Below, piece after piece: positions 1 through 14,300 of a DNA stretch of 64,000 nt; the stretch's first letter is position 1; each line of letters starts with the position of its first letter. Origin of the DNA: Lingula anatina (lineage: Eukaryota > Animalia > Brachiopoda); contig CM120644.1 of NCBI GenBank assembly GCA_051362555.1, positions 7,510,954-7,574,953 of the forward strand. Reading direction: 5' to 3'. The position numbers were made by a program, and so were the translations under genes. A model generated the notes under the pieces. The model did no database searches and was not told the origin of the DNA. It was given only the letters and a program-made list of their open reading frames with translations.

Positions 1-794
1 ATATTGGCCCCGCTCACCGACACGTAAAGATTATAAATATAAACGTAACAACTGTGAACGAAAGCGTATAGTCGACATTACAAGATATTTACATATCTGA
101 TTCTTGTAGTAGTATAACAAAATTATGGATTCTTTTTTTTCTTCTCCCCAACCTGTCATTTCGCTTGATGAATACTTCATAATGTCTCACGCACATCCGC
201 CTTCCATAATCTTGGTGAATTAGGCAAAATAGGATGGATGAAGGGTTCACATTTTTACGTTCCCGCATCGGTACTCCCCAACGTCGTTACACCCATTGGC
301 AAAATTATGATATAACCTGCATCAGTTCTCCCCGGCGCCATTATTACTCCCTCATCGGTTTTTGTATAACGTTTTGAAAAATTGGTAGGGCTGTGATGAT
401 GCGGATTTGTAACAGTACTGAGAAGTTTTGTAAGCAGGTGCTTCAATTGTTATTTGGAACAACTAAAGCAATTTGTCGCACCACGGTTTGACTTGGCTAG
501 CTCATTGCCGTGGATGAGACGAATCACATCTACCGCATTCATATACATGATGACACGTACGCATTCCGTATATGAATGCGGTGGATGTAACAAATCACAT
601 CTACCGCACTCACATACATTACGACACGTGCGCATTCCGTATCACATGCACTGGGTTCTCCTTTTCTACTCTGACGAATGAGATGATGGTTGAGGATATA
701 AGATTTCATAGTGGATCGTAATTAACGAAGAGTGGATAATAACAAATGAAAAACGGAATTTGAATAGTGATAGGCATAATATTTAATGCAACTG

Positions 795-827
<33 letters not shown>

Positions 828-3800
828 GTTTGACAGGTAGCCTATATACATGTATTAACAATAAGATCATAAAAGATTTAAACATTATGTGATGTCAGCA
901 AGACAACTGCCAAATGTAGCTCATGTGCAAATAGTTTCTCTTCAAAAGAAGAAAGGTTGTCAAATTCCATCACTGTTAGCAAATACACTTACCTGATAAG
1001 ATGTAATAAAATTCTTTGCTGTTTTGTCAAATCTAGGACCTAAATCGCGTTAGCATAAACTGAAACAATTACCAATCTAGATAGAATAAAGATGTTTTAG
1101 GAAAACAATACTGTTTTCTTAGTGCAATTCGACGTCAGAAAAAGGGGGGTTCATTTGTGTTGTTTATAGGGTATAAGAAAAAATGGAAATCTGGATCGAA
1201 TGAAGACGTTTAAATTTAGATGTTTATTAGGTTTGTCCTCAGTGGTAGTTCACACCAAACAATAATGAGATATTTCAATGTTTCATTTCTAGATGAAAGA
1301 AAAAAAGGAAATTTCCCGTTTTCGGATCGAAGAAAAAAAGGAGTAAATGATTTTTTTTCATACAGTGCGAAAGTATAAAACACAACATTTATTATAGACA
1401 CCGACCTTCTCTGTGAATGGTGTCTGTATAAAATTTGTAAAATATCTACAAATCGGAATAAGAAAAATAGGCGATTAATAGAATTTTTATTTGTGTTCAT
1501 ATTTTCATTAAATGGGGAGAAATTCAATCTTAGGTGACAGAAGAGAATACATGTAGTTACTACTGTAGGTGCTAAGTGATAACCATGTTGTCGAACACTG
1601 TATCCATAGAAGAGGGTTATAGGCCTACAGATCAGTCCTCCAACACTGGTCCTTAAGTAGGAAGCAACGGAGATAATGATGTGATTTTTTCTTCAGTCAA
1701 CAGTTAATATTGAGTTTTTACCTCCAGTACTAAGTATGGAAAAGAAAGCAACGGAGAGCTTTTACATGTATATACACGTATATGTATAAAGCACAGCAGT
1801 ATGTCATTATCAAAGCTGCACAATTACACCGATAACGGCTACAAGTCGAAGAAATGTATAAATATTGATAAAAATGAAGATACTTATAAGGCTGAAAATC
1901 ACGGCGTAGTTACTGTTAAGTGACGAAGGAAGACTCAATTCGATACTTTTCGCACCAAGTCAAAAGTATCAAAAGAGACGACATTTTAAAAAGGGCGATA
2001 AGGCTGTTTTCTCGCTGTTAAAATGACATCAAAGCTGCGACTCATTTCTATCGTTTACGTTCGTCACACCTTGGAGCACGTTGTACAAATTGAGCGTTGT
2101 ACAAACAACACGGCGGTGGAATTCTCGGCCCGCGCACCTGCGTGGAACCAGAGAGGTGGGGAGAGAAATAGAAATGCACGGCTATTATCGCTAAGTTGTT
2201 AGCGTTCATTAACTTTGCACAAGATTCCCTCGTCTGTTCTGTGTATTTAGTGTTCCAGAGAGAGAGAGAGAGAGTGAGAGATGAACTTATAAATAACAAG
2301 AGTGGGTATCTCGTCAGAAAAAAGAGAAAGCTGTAAATCCCTATTCAATAACACATTTCACTAGTGGTGTAACCTGTTTTAGCAAATTTGTCAAGATTTG
2401 GAATTCTAAAGCATAGCTATACAATTAACAACAATGATTTTTTCAATAGTAATTGAAAAACTTAATTATATATAATGTTCTATTTAGAAATGCGTAGAAT
2501 ATAAAAATACGAAAATATTAAGCGAGATTCTTTCGGAAAGAGGAAAAAGGAGAGAAAGAAATAAGAAAAACCAAGATTTATGGTATTTTTTCTTCGTCGG
2601 TGCAGTTCAGTCGCTGGGAATAGCTCAGCAACACCTGGGGTAAACAGAAGTAAAGATAGCGGACTAATTGCCGGAATACACACACACACTAGCAATATCT
2701 GCGATTCCGGGATCGTGCAGGTGTTCGGAGACCAGGTCAAATTTCTTCTCAAATTCCCCCAAATCTCAGCAAGCCCAAACAACTCAATGCACCGTGAATC
2801 ATTAATTAAACACGCACTGATTTGACCCCCTTTTCACACCGATGAATCCGTGTCCTTTGTCTTATGTCTTATATATTTCCTATTTTTTTATTTGATTGAA
2901 CTTGTTTATCCAGTTGTTAATATAGTGGATAAATGAAGGTACCTGTGTGTGTGTGTTGTATTGCTAAATTAATTTTATTCGCAATTTACAAAAGCTGAAA
3001 TGTCCTTAAGATGTTGGACAGAAGAAGAAGAGGAAGAGAGAAAGAGAGAGAGAGAGAGAGATGCCCTGTATGACCAAATCCCAAAAACAGCCGTGTTAAT
3101 ATTTTATCATAAAAATGTTTGACACAGACCATTCAATATCTTCATTTAACCAGTCACTTACATAGACACTTCCCAATCTTTCCACCCATCGCTAACATAA
3201 TCGAATGACGTAATCTTCCTATTCGGTAATCTAGCTTGCGGTTATTCGGAAATTGAACAAAATAATCGGTTATCTTCACAACATAATGGACCAGTGATCA
3301 ACGTAGTTTGCAACAACAACAATGTCGCAACCCAAACTCAACCCACGCAGCGTCGTTGTTTGACACACCGCCGCTCCAAGCCGCGGGACGCTGTTTACGT
3401 CGCTAATAACTTAACGTGATTAACACTACCGTGTTGGTAGACAATGACGTAACGTGTGCTATCTGCCCTCGCTGACTCTTGATGACACAGAGATTTAGTG
3501 CAAAAATTTTAACGTACGCTATGAAGGGATGCCGAATAACTTGAACTACATTGAGATCATAAGTGAAAAAATACATATTTGCAGGACAAGCAAATAATTT
3601 TTAATGAAAACAGAAACTCCTTTTTGTTGTTTTAAAGCATAAATCATTTGTTTAATTTATGGAATTAGCAAATAATGATCGTCATGTGCCCTTTGTGACC
3701 GCAACATCCCAAGATCAAAATTCTTGATACGGGGGAATAAAAACATAGATATAAAAATATCTGTAGAATCAAAACGACCAGTACGCCACGCGTTCTTGTT

Positions 3801-4780
3801 GACCGAAATGTTCGGTACGGATATTATAAGTTATATAATTTTTCAGATTAATTCAGTGGTGATATTGTAAGCAGTTTGTCTGATTCAAACAAAAGTTACA
3901 TGACCATGAGTGTCCCTGTTGACACCTAGTTTAGACGAAGAGTACAAATTATATTGCAGCATTACACTTATTCATAAATATTCTCAAAACATGTAAAACA
4001 AGAAACTGGCCGGAGTTTGATTTGACACCAAGAAAAAAATCTTTAAAAATTTTTATGTATAGGACATTATATATACATATTTTTTTAACCATATATTACA
4101 GTACCCTCTACCAGGGCCACAGATTTATTATCACTCGATGTATATGTTCACAAATATGTCTCTGGCTATTCATGACAATTTTTTCTACTGTCCGCCGAGA
4201 ATTTTTGTTTAGAATTAATGTCAATACTCAGCTGTTCTCCAGAACAGAGTGGAATTACGGCAAGAAATGTATCGGACTACGTGTACCACATACGTACTTC
4301 TCTAGAATATGGTTTAGTAATTTGTATTTCTGATATAGGAACTCCTTGACAGCAAAGCGTAACGACCTCGTAGATGTTTCTACATACGGTGCACTTTCAA
4401 CAGAAACATTCACCATTTTAAACCCCCAAACCATCACACCCAGCTGGTATTTTTGGGACTATAAAGTAATTACTATTACCGGTGGCAAAAATATAAGAGA
4501 GTTCGTTTGACATTCTCGTCAGGGGAAAAAACCTTGAGATTCAAATTTCACAGTTTTTCTGTTTTAATGGGGAAAACATACTCTTGTTTAGAGTTGATGG
4601 CAGGGTTCCGAAATGCAGTGAGTTTTGACGTGTGGCTTACGCAACTTTCGTTTCAAAATCCTCGCACTTTACAAAGGTGGTCTTGACGTTAAGACCGAAA
4701 ATGTTTAGTCTCCTTTGCGACAGGACAAATTACATTTTTTAAATGTAAAAATCAAAGGGCTGAAACTGAAATTCCCGTTT

Positions 4781-4811
4781 CACACACACAGTCATACACA
4801 CACACTGACAG

Positions 4812-4842
<31 letters not shown>
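4781..4842. repeat. (CA)n microsatellite
   Basis: Directly visible interrupted CA run. Confidence 0.9.
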
Positions 4843-4847
<5 letters not shown>

Positions 4848-5276
4848 AAGCAGAAAATAGTAAAAAGAGTAAATTAAAATTTGCCTCTTTTATGCGGTCT
4901 ACGACCGATAATTCCTTATTTAAATGGGACTAAAATTCTGATCTTATTGTTATCACCAACTATTTATTTCTCCTTTTGAGAGTTCTATTGTGTTACAAAA
5001 ATGGAAATGACGGTTATGAAATAAATGAGTCATACTACCTCCGAGATCGACGTAATTAACATGAAGCAGAATACAATAGTTTTCTACTTGTCATCAGCTA
5101 TTACTGAAGTATTTCTTGACAGCTAAACGATTTACAGGACTGTCAACTCAAAATGTTTATGGAGGCCGAAATGGGGGGGGGGGGGTAAGTTTTTATTTCA
5201 CCAGTGAGCGACACCAATGGCAATGTAAAATCATGTTGCATGATGGAACTAGACTATACACCGACCAAGTTAGGTC

Positions 5277-5277
<1 letters not shown>

Positions 5278-5327
<50 letters not shown>
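5278..5327. repeat. Poly-T tract (~50 nt)
   Basis: Directly visible homopolymer. Confidence 0.9.
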
Positions 5328-8300
5328 CACCAAAAGGTATCAAGTCATCTTTCTCATATTAACGAAAAGATAATAATTTCATATGATTGATTTCGGCTTT
5401 TTTTTCCTCAGGTGATTTTCTATTAATATTGATAAAATCATTACACACAACATCTTGTGAATTCGGAAAACTATATTATTGACAGTCTTGGTGTTAAGAA
5501 AGTTGCCCTTGATAGTCTATGATAAGAGAAGTTAAACACAGTAAAACAGCTGTTTCTGGTACGAAATAATCGAAACCGATTATTTATATAAAATAGATTT
5601 TCTGATTCTTTCATGCTTAATAAACTTGATTTCGATGTGCTCTGCGGTAAGGGAAAAAGTAGAGATAGGAATTGAAAATTAAGGGGTTCTTTAGTTTAGA
5701 TTCCCGATGAATTCCTGACATAGCAGTGACGGGTAAAGTTCACTTGATTGTTATTATTTGTGTTTTTTATCCCATTGTTTTTAAAATGGAACGCGACACC
5801 TGAAGTGCACGGGGTCTTTGTACTGAGGGACAAATATCGCTATAAATTACCAAATGTGAAATTCCCGTTACATTTCATATTCTTAAACAATGTGGGTGGA
5901 ATAAGAAAGTTAGTGTATAGATATTGTTCATATCACCTTACTTTGACGAGGAACAATGGGTAAGCGTTGGTCTTATTTGATTTTTCCTTTTGCTTTTGTA
6001 ATAGCAGAGCCATTAATATTATATGATTATACTATTTATTTTTTTCTGTATTTTTTTTTAATTGATCAGTAGTCTAGTCACGTAGACCTATTCACAATAA
6101 ACAAATAAAACATCGTGAATAAAACTTAAGTAGAAGTTAAAGCCAGGTCATTTTATGCTGTAGGGATCTTATAATCGGTCTTTGCTTTTATCCGATTATT
6201 TCTCCAACTATAGGGTGCAGCATTATATTATTATTATTTTTTTTTAAGGAATGAACACCAATTTGCCCCCCAAATTTTTTTTAATGATTCAAATAATTCA
6301 CTATGACCATTCTGTTTATCCGGTTTATTTATTTATCATCTCTTCTTTTTATTTATTTATCTTTTGATAATTCGTCATTCTCAATATGCAATGTCATATA
6401 ACCATTATAATAATATCTGAGACTTTTGATATAACATCTTTAATGTTGTCAGACCTAGTACTATAAAAAAATTGCTACATGTTCTATGCTGTTAATACCA
6501 GGCGTGCCAAGTACTCTTAGTACTGAAGCAACAAAAAATTCAGGTTGCGCTTTTTTAATGATCAAAGCAGGTTGGAATTAACGAAGCGGATAAAAGCAAA
6601 AAGCCACCAACTCATTCATCATTTTTCTCGAGCAGTTCTTCCTGATTAGAGTTGATGGAGGAACATTTTGGGCGGAGATTTCTTCCATCATAAAGCAGGC
6701 GTCATACTTGAACGTTATGACACGTTCTGCCCCGCATGACAATGACTCAAGTTGGGTGCATTTCCATATATCTAGACAGTACAATGTACATTTAGTTTGA
6801 GTTAGATGACACTGGATAAAATAAGGCCTTTTATTTGCTTCCAACTGCGCCGCGATCAAGCTTTTTTTTCTATCTCTCTCTTTCTCTCTTCCCCGACATT
6901 ACACCAAGAAAAGAAAGGAAAATAAAGAAATAAATAAGAAATAAAAACTTGATGCTCTCCAACAATTCCCCAGTATATGTTCTTTTTCGAGTGAAATACA
7001 CCGATTGCACTCACGTAAAGGTTACCTCCAGCAGGAGTCATAAAACACAATTGTTCACTCTCTTTCCCTTGGAAACTGGAAGGCAATAACAGCGGATGAA
7101 TATCCTGCATCGCCGGAAGTTCTTCCGACAATGTCATCGTTATTTCTTGTGCAGGATCACAACACTACTAAAGAGGTCAACTTTTTAGTGGTTTGGTTGA
7201 AGAAAAAGGCCACTGGAGTCTGTCTAGTGGCGTGACTCCTGTCTATTTCTCTGTAATTACCTATAACATATATTGTTATATATTGCCCGTGTTAAAGAGA
7301 GTCAACAGTACTCAAGATGAATCCGTACAAAAATGATTTAAGCTAGGTATTTTGATAATTTCTATATTTCTATGACTTTATTTTAAATGCCAGGTAACGG
7401 AAATCGGCGTACTCTTGTAACCAAAACCATTGGGTATTAAATCAAAAGGAATAACATCAAATTAAAAACTGAAAAATAGTTCACTTCTGTTAATCAGTAT
7501 AACGGTGTCCAATATTTTTGGTAATTACAGATCGTAGCTTTATCACAAACTTCCCATAAGAGCCGGTTTAAGCAAAATATGCTTTAAGGTTTCAAGTTAC
7601 ACAATATATATTTTTTCAAATGCTTTCAGAAATATATTCTTTTTAATTTTGGGTGCCGGTCAGCTTTGTTAAAGAAACACTTTGGAGATAAGATCTGATG
7701 TCGGAAAACATTGCTTCTTAAAACAAATTCACTGCGCTTACAACGTTTTAAATGTTCATAATTTCAATCCTTGCAAACAGCTGCAGCGTTTTTTTCGTCT
7801 GTAAAATGATATCTTTGATTGCCCTGCTTATAAAAATACTTTTCAAAACTGGTAGTGTTTTAGCCTTAAAAATTCGACAGTTTTGCCTTTAATGCGTGAC
7901 TTGTGTAGAGACAACATATGTGCCCAGTGTCTGACTACATTCTGACTACAGGATGCGCTAGTAGTCTGTTGCACAAAATTATTGTATCGGTACCTGTATC
8001 AGTGAATAAATTTTGTATACTATTTTAGAGGACCCTGATATTTAGAGGGGGCGCGGTGTCGTATTGGGGTTACCGTGAAGTGTAGCCACTTTATGGGAAA
8101 TTTACGACATACTTCTTCGTATCTTCCCAACTTAAATGCCACACCCAATTACTGTCATTTCAAGAGCTAACAACGGGTAAAGCATGTCTTCCGTTCGTTG
8201 CACTAGATTTCACCAGAGTTTTCGTATTTTGCCGAGACGATTTATTGCTGTATTACTAATAGGACGAGTCGTTATTAATAATGTCAATTTCGCTGAAAAT

Positions 8301-11300
8301 CACTGTGGTCTCCCGCATTTCCGATTTTTATCACAGTAACTGCAACCTAGCAATGGACGACCCAAAGCATCTCGCCATGAAAAAACTTGCTCGATACTTA
8401 TTTCAGATATTAAAAATTGCATTACGACATAAGCAGTACAATGCTATCACAGCGTGACTTGCGATGCGAACTTACGATTCACAAATGTCAAGTCAACTTC
8501 TGCTTGTGGGGTGATTTTTTCTCATTTTTTAAACATTAGGTCCCATTTTTACACATACATTATCACATAATAATCAGGACAATGTTATGTTTTATATTGC
8601 ACCAGACAGACGGCGGCCAAGTCAATAACTCTCCAATGTCATAAGCAACTTTTCGCTTGTAAACTTTCATATGTTTCAAAATAACTTGCTCCTTAATACG
8701 ACAATGTTATAGTTCCTAACTCAGCGTGGTATCCGGCATATCTTCTTTGCCGGGCAACATTGCTCTGTACGTGCTCCGGGCACCTGTGGATTCGCCACTC
8801 CAACTGATTCAAACTTCAAGCACTGCATTGCGTATGGGCCATATCAAGGCCCCATATTACAGATATTGCTTTTGTCCAAGATTTGTCCTTATTTTTTTTT
8901 TTAAACGAAAGACGGTTGTGGAAAATTCAGATGTTTTATTTACCCTGAGACACAGCGTAAAAGGTACATCAGCGTGTCTTTTTTAGAATGTTTATAGTGT
9001 TTTTGATTTATTCGAATTATTCTTCTTTAAATCTGTTATATGCGTTTTGTTTCGGGTTGCGTGCTCTTTAACATAATCATCACTTGCAGCAATAACGTGA
9101 CTTGCGTTTGCTAAAGACATTGTTTACATCTAGCATTGCAAGATAAACTGAAAGTTATTAAACATCAAAGGATCAGGACTGTTACTTCCTTACTTCACTT
9201 CAGTAAAAAAAGTCGAAACTGAAAACAAAAATGTATTTGAACCCAGTAACCCCGAACCGGAGAATAGGTCAAAAGTGCTCAAGACATCTTCAAGATGAAA
9301 CCTGAGCTTTTTGTTTATATTTAGATTGTTATGACTTTATGCATCGTTAGAATTTTTAAATTAAACGGCAATGCAGTAATGAACACGGCAGAATGAGGGT
9401 CCGCAAGAGAAGGCTTAGTTTACGAGGTAAAAACTAGTACATGTAATAGTAGTCAGTTTCCGAAGGGTAGTCTTCGAAGGACCAGGGTTAAAAAGGTCGG
9501 GTACACATCGAATAAAGGAAATACTCGTAGAAAGCCGTTATTTGAATGGGTCGTTTTCAAAAAAAAAAAAGAAAAAAGACAAAGTATACATGTAAAAGAA
9601 CACGATTGGTTTGATTTTTGTCCTTTTTTGGTTGTTATCCGACGACGGTTTCGTTTCATGATGCAAATACCCGCGAACAACCTCCGGTCTGTTGCTGTGG
9701 GGTTCTAGCCTCGTAAGTAACACGTTGGGCAGCACCTGCACCAAAAGGAGTTTAAATGAAGACACGAAAAAACCCAATGCGAGGTTAACATTTTGTTCAT
9801 TTTCCAAGGCGCATGCCTGCTCTTTACGAGATTGCAGCCCACCCCCGCGCACCCCGGGGTCAGCTCTAATCATGTTCCTTCTTCTTGTTTGTCAATATCT
9901 GCCGCTGCTATATGCCATTATAAACTAAACTTAAAATAAACTTGGATACACTTTAATATCACGCAATGATACTTGGAAATTTACCAATACAAATATTCCA
10001 CGAGGAAGGAAGAGGCACGAAAAAAACTTTTTAAATCGAAACCGAGGTCCCTGATTGGAGGAGAAGACAGTGTGAGTCGCTTGTCAACAAATCCTCCAAA
10101 TTCTCACGGCGTCCACAGCTGTTGAACTAGTTCTGCATGATTCAACACCTGTTGTGAGCCTTCAGCGAGGAAAGAATGCACAACCCACCAAAAGACGTAA
10201 AAATTTAAATAGAAAAATGGGTTAAACCACAAATATTGCATTTGCGTCTGTAATCCGATGTTGATGATTTCATTGCTGAATGTTTTCATCTATATTTCAT
10301 TTCTAATTTTATATCAACGATTAAGGCCATTAAGCACGGCGTGTAAAGAACAAAATTGAATTACCTATTATGTTGATTAGAAAATAGAAGTTAGAAATAA
10401 ACATGAACACCCCATTTCCCCTGTTTATGATATCACCAGGCGCCAAAGAAACAGAATTCCAGATTTTAGTTTCGACGATAGAATTGAAAGGACAACCCGT
10501 CCCCGAGGCAGGTAAGAGGTGAGAGGTGAAGACACCCCTACGATAACATGGAGTAACACCTGACAACGAGCATGTAAAACTCCGTAATGAAATTTCGGGG
10601 ACTGGTTGTAAATTGAAATCAATTGCTCATTATACACTACTCTAAACTTAATATTCCAACGAAAACACGAAGAGATAATTGCGTACGTGGGAAAATGCGG
10701 AAGTCACGTCATTTGACTTAGTTAGAAAAGTCCACAGGCAGCAATGTGAAATGCATGACGCACGTTGAGGTATAAATCTTTACCAAAAGCCGAAAGTACT
10801 TCATTACTTAAAGCTTTAAAAAAAATTATCTTTGCTTATTAATCTCGATTCTGAAAGAATGAAAAAATTGGGTTAAAGAAATAGCCAGTGGTTATTTATA
10901 CCACTTTCGCCCATTTGTTATTTCTCTTTCTTTCTCTCTCTCTCTCTCTCTTATGGGTAACCTACTGATGTGATTTCAGCTTACGTAAATAATAAACAAT
11001 AACGATATACCGTTCTATAACAAGATATTTACATTTATTTATATCATTAACAACTGGGTGGACAAGACCGATAAGATTATTTCTTAAATAAACAATACCT
11101 AGATAATACTAAACATCTCATACTGACTTACTAACTTTCTAAATATAAACATTTGGCTATAAACCAAACTCTACCAACATAAAGATGTGCATTTCAGATG
11201 AAAATCAATGTAAGTTGATGCTCTATAACTAAATTACATATTACGCGGGAAAATTTTGCTTTTAGCGTGCTGTATTTTCAATGTCTGTAACACGAATTCA

Positions 11301-14300
11301 CATCTTTGACGTAAAGCACCAATGTATAGGGAAAAACTTGCTTAAACATGCAAAAAAGTAGCACCTTTCATTTAATACTAAAGATACACGTTAGCAGCTC
11401 ACATTTAAAGACTTGGCACTGAATCACAAAAACTCCTTTCAGGATTAATTATTTAATTTGGTAAAAAAAAAAAATTCAGTCCACTGACTGTTTTACATAA
11501 AATCTATATATCTCTTCGGGATATCGCAGGTTTGTATCCTTAACATTTATACTAAGTTAATACCTATTTTATACAAATTTAATCCAGTGTGTTAATGAGA
11601 CACTCATTACCTTGGTAGCTTTTATGATAATATATTAAAAACAAATGTGGCACAATGATTCACTTTTATCTTTATAATAAGGTTGAAAACATCTAATGTT
11701 TTGGTTGAAAATAAAACCCATTTCTCTTTCACACACTCATACATACCCACACGCACGCACAGTCACGTTCTCATCCGCATAACGTAATTCTTGATATCTT
11801 CTACGAATGATCATCTACTTCTACGTAAATAGAGTTCAACCTCGGGACGGTTTTACCTGAGCGGGCTGTACAATTTGGCACAATATGGCGGCTGACATAT
11901 TATATATCTATGTAACTGGTGTACGACAAGTTACATTGCAATTAATTTACCTAATCTCTTTATACCTCTTCAGTCTGGTATAAACTACTGATTTATATAA
12001 CTATAAATGCTACTTACCAGGAACCCTCTATAGGTTCCAAAAATATTTACATCTTATATCGGTATAAAATAATTACATGTGAAGTAATTAATAAAAGAAG
12101 TATGAAAACTGCATGTACATGTGCTTTACAATTTAAATGAACTAAATGTGTTTCTTTTATAGAGGGGTTTACGAAAGGTTTAAAAATAGATTTCAATTTA
12201 ACGAGCTCTTATGTATATAAAAAACTAAATAAATAAATTTGGTACTTTTATACACGTACTATTTTTGGTAAGTTTAACAAAAAGGCTGTGGATGAACATT
12301 CGTTGTAAATAAATCTAAAAAGAAAAATGGGTTACGATATTTCTTAACTAATGACAACGTAATGATAAATCTCTGGGATGTGAAACTCCAAAATAAAAAT
12401 TAAATAAGCAATTTCATATTATTGCCAGAAAAAGAAAAGGGATAAAAAGCCTACACGTTCTACAAAGCAGGCACTGTCTTAGGCAGGATGCCATTTCCGT
12501 TAATTGCATGCCCTTCCCGACCTTCTCGTTAAGTCTAAATCTCCGAACATCCTCGTGTTAGCCCAAGCTTAGCACCTTCGCAGGCAGAGATTAATGTAAT
12601 GGCTGAGATGAAAAAAAATGAGACGCTCGCTTATACACTAATCTTCTTGTACAATACTACGTGAGGTCTACCCGGACCTACCCGTTAGTAAAACATTTGT
12701 ATATAAATATCTTTACACAAAATAATCTATCATGTGGAGTTACCAACACTCAGTGAAACCTCAGTGTAAACCTCAGTGCCTTTTTCCCCCGGAGGAAGTT
12801 TACAGTTGCACCGCGCCAAAGGTTCGATTCAACGGTGTGTTTACAGTTCGCGAGTAATCTCCGCTTTATCAACATCATTTGCCTTTAAGTTTTCATTTTC
12901 TCACGTTTAAGCGTTCCTTGTGTCACTGGAGGCGGGCACGGCCGTGCCGTGTGACACGTTAGGGTTACCATCGACGCAAAAGACATACAAATAACTCCAT
13001 GGTAGGTAAACACAGCTGTGCCTGGCTGTACATTCGCGTTGTTGAGTCGACCGGTAGGGGGCTAACGCACGCAGTTCCGACCTTGACAACACTCCTCTCT
13101 TGGACCTCTGCACCTGGGGAAATAAGAACAAGAATACTCAGTTGATGAAGCCAATTAATCTGTCCAAGTGTTCTGATATAACTGACTATTGTTTTGCTTT
13201 CCTATAACCAGCCGCACACCCGAGGTTAATTCGTGCAAAGAATAACGTTTATCCACTCGCTAAAATAACGGTGATCTTTAGAATGTAAATTTACCAGGGT
13301 TCGACGCGGGGGCTAGGCAGAAGCTGGCAGCGAATAGGTACACACGAGAGAGAGATTGAGAGCTTTTGGTGCACTTGCTCTGTAGATTAGTGCTTACAGG
13401 AAACACCTCTCTCTTTCTCTCTCTCTCTTTCTCAAAAATTCCCTCCCCAAAACCATTAAATCCTATCATCATCTTCACAGTGTTCTTTAATATCATAAAA
13501 TGAAACAAACCACTTTCATATATTGAAGGGAAATTTATACTGTTTCTTGTATATAAAGTGCATACAAGCCATGTCAAACTCCAATGAAACCAGTATATTT
13601 CTAATATGTAAATATTTAATCTTGAGGTTGCTATTGTAGAAACAAATTATAGTAATTACAGTGTTTCAACTTTACAGCAGTTAGGACTACTACACGGCAT
13701 CACACAACAATATAGCACAGCTCTAATCTGTAGCAGACATTAATACGTAATCTAAACTCACGATTCGTTATTTTCCCTTCTTTTTTATTGTGTTTAAACA
13801 ATGCATTACATAGTTATTTATACCCAGGTGATACAATTTTATTCTAAAAATCATAGGCCTACCTAAAAAATTCAGAGCGGTTATCCTAAAAGCCCCTCTC
13901 TAAGAAGGGCTTTAAATAAACTTCCTCGTACAGATGAGTTACATTTATTTTGGCATTCTGTATGTATTTCATTTTTTATACAAGTTGATGGTATATGGAT
14001 TATGATACCAGTTATTTTAGTCTGACTTAAAAATAGGTGTTAGACTACACTCCAAGACTACCCTCCAAACAGGCTTACATAATGTACCAAGTGCCTTACC
14101 AGATATTGCATAACAAATTAAGCTTGACATATTCTGTCTGAGCAGTTTAAGTACTACAGACAGAACGTTGAAACCAGGCAATGTGTATGTTAGAGATTGT
14201 GCGCGTGTTTGCGTGTGCGCTCGCGTGTGAACGAACGCTGCCTCTTACCCAGACAAAAAGTCCTATTGTCAATAATGATCAAATGCTTTGACAAAACAAA

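Noticed and set aside
993-1059. Possible minus-strand exon with strong CAG|GTAAGT donor
   Set aside because: Stops in all three frames and no partner exons identified; could only be non-coding.
12815-12835. GGTTCGATTC B-box-like motif
   Set aside because: No A-box or cloverleaf around it; not a tRNA or recognisable SINE.
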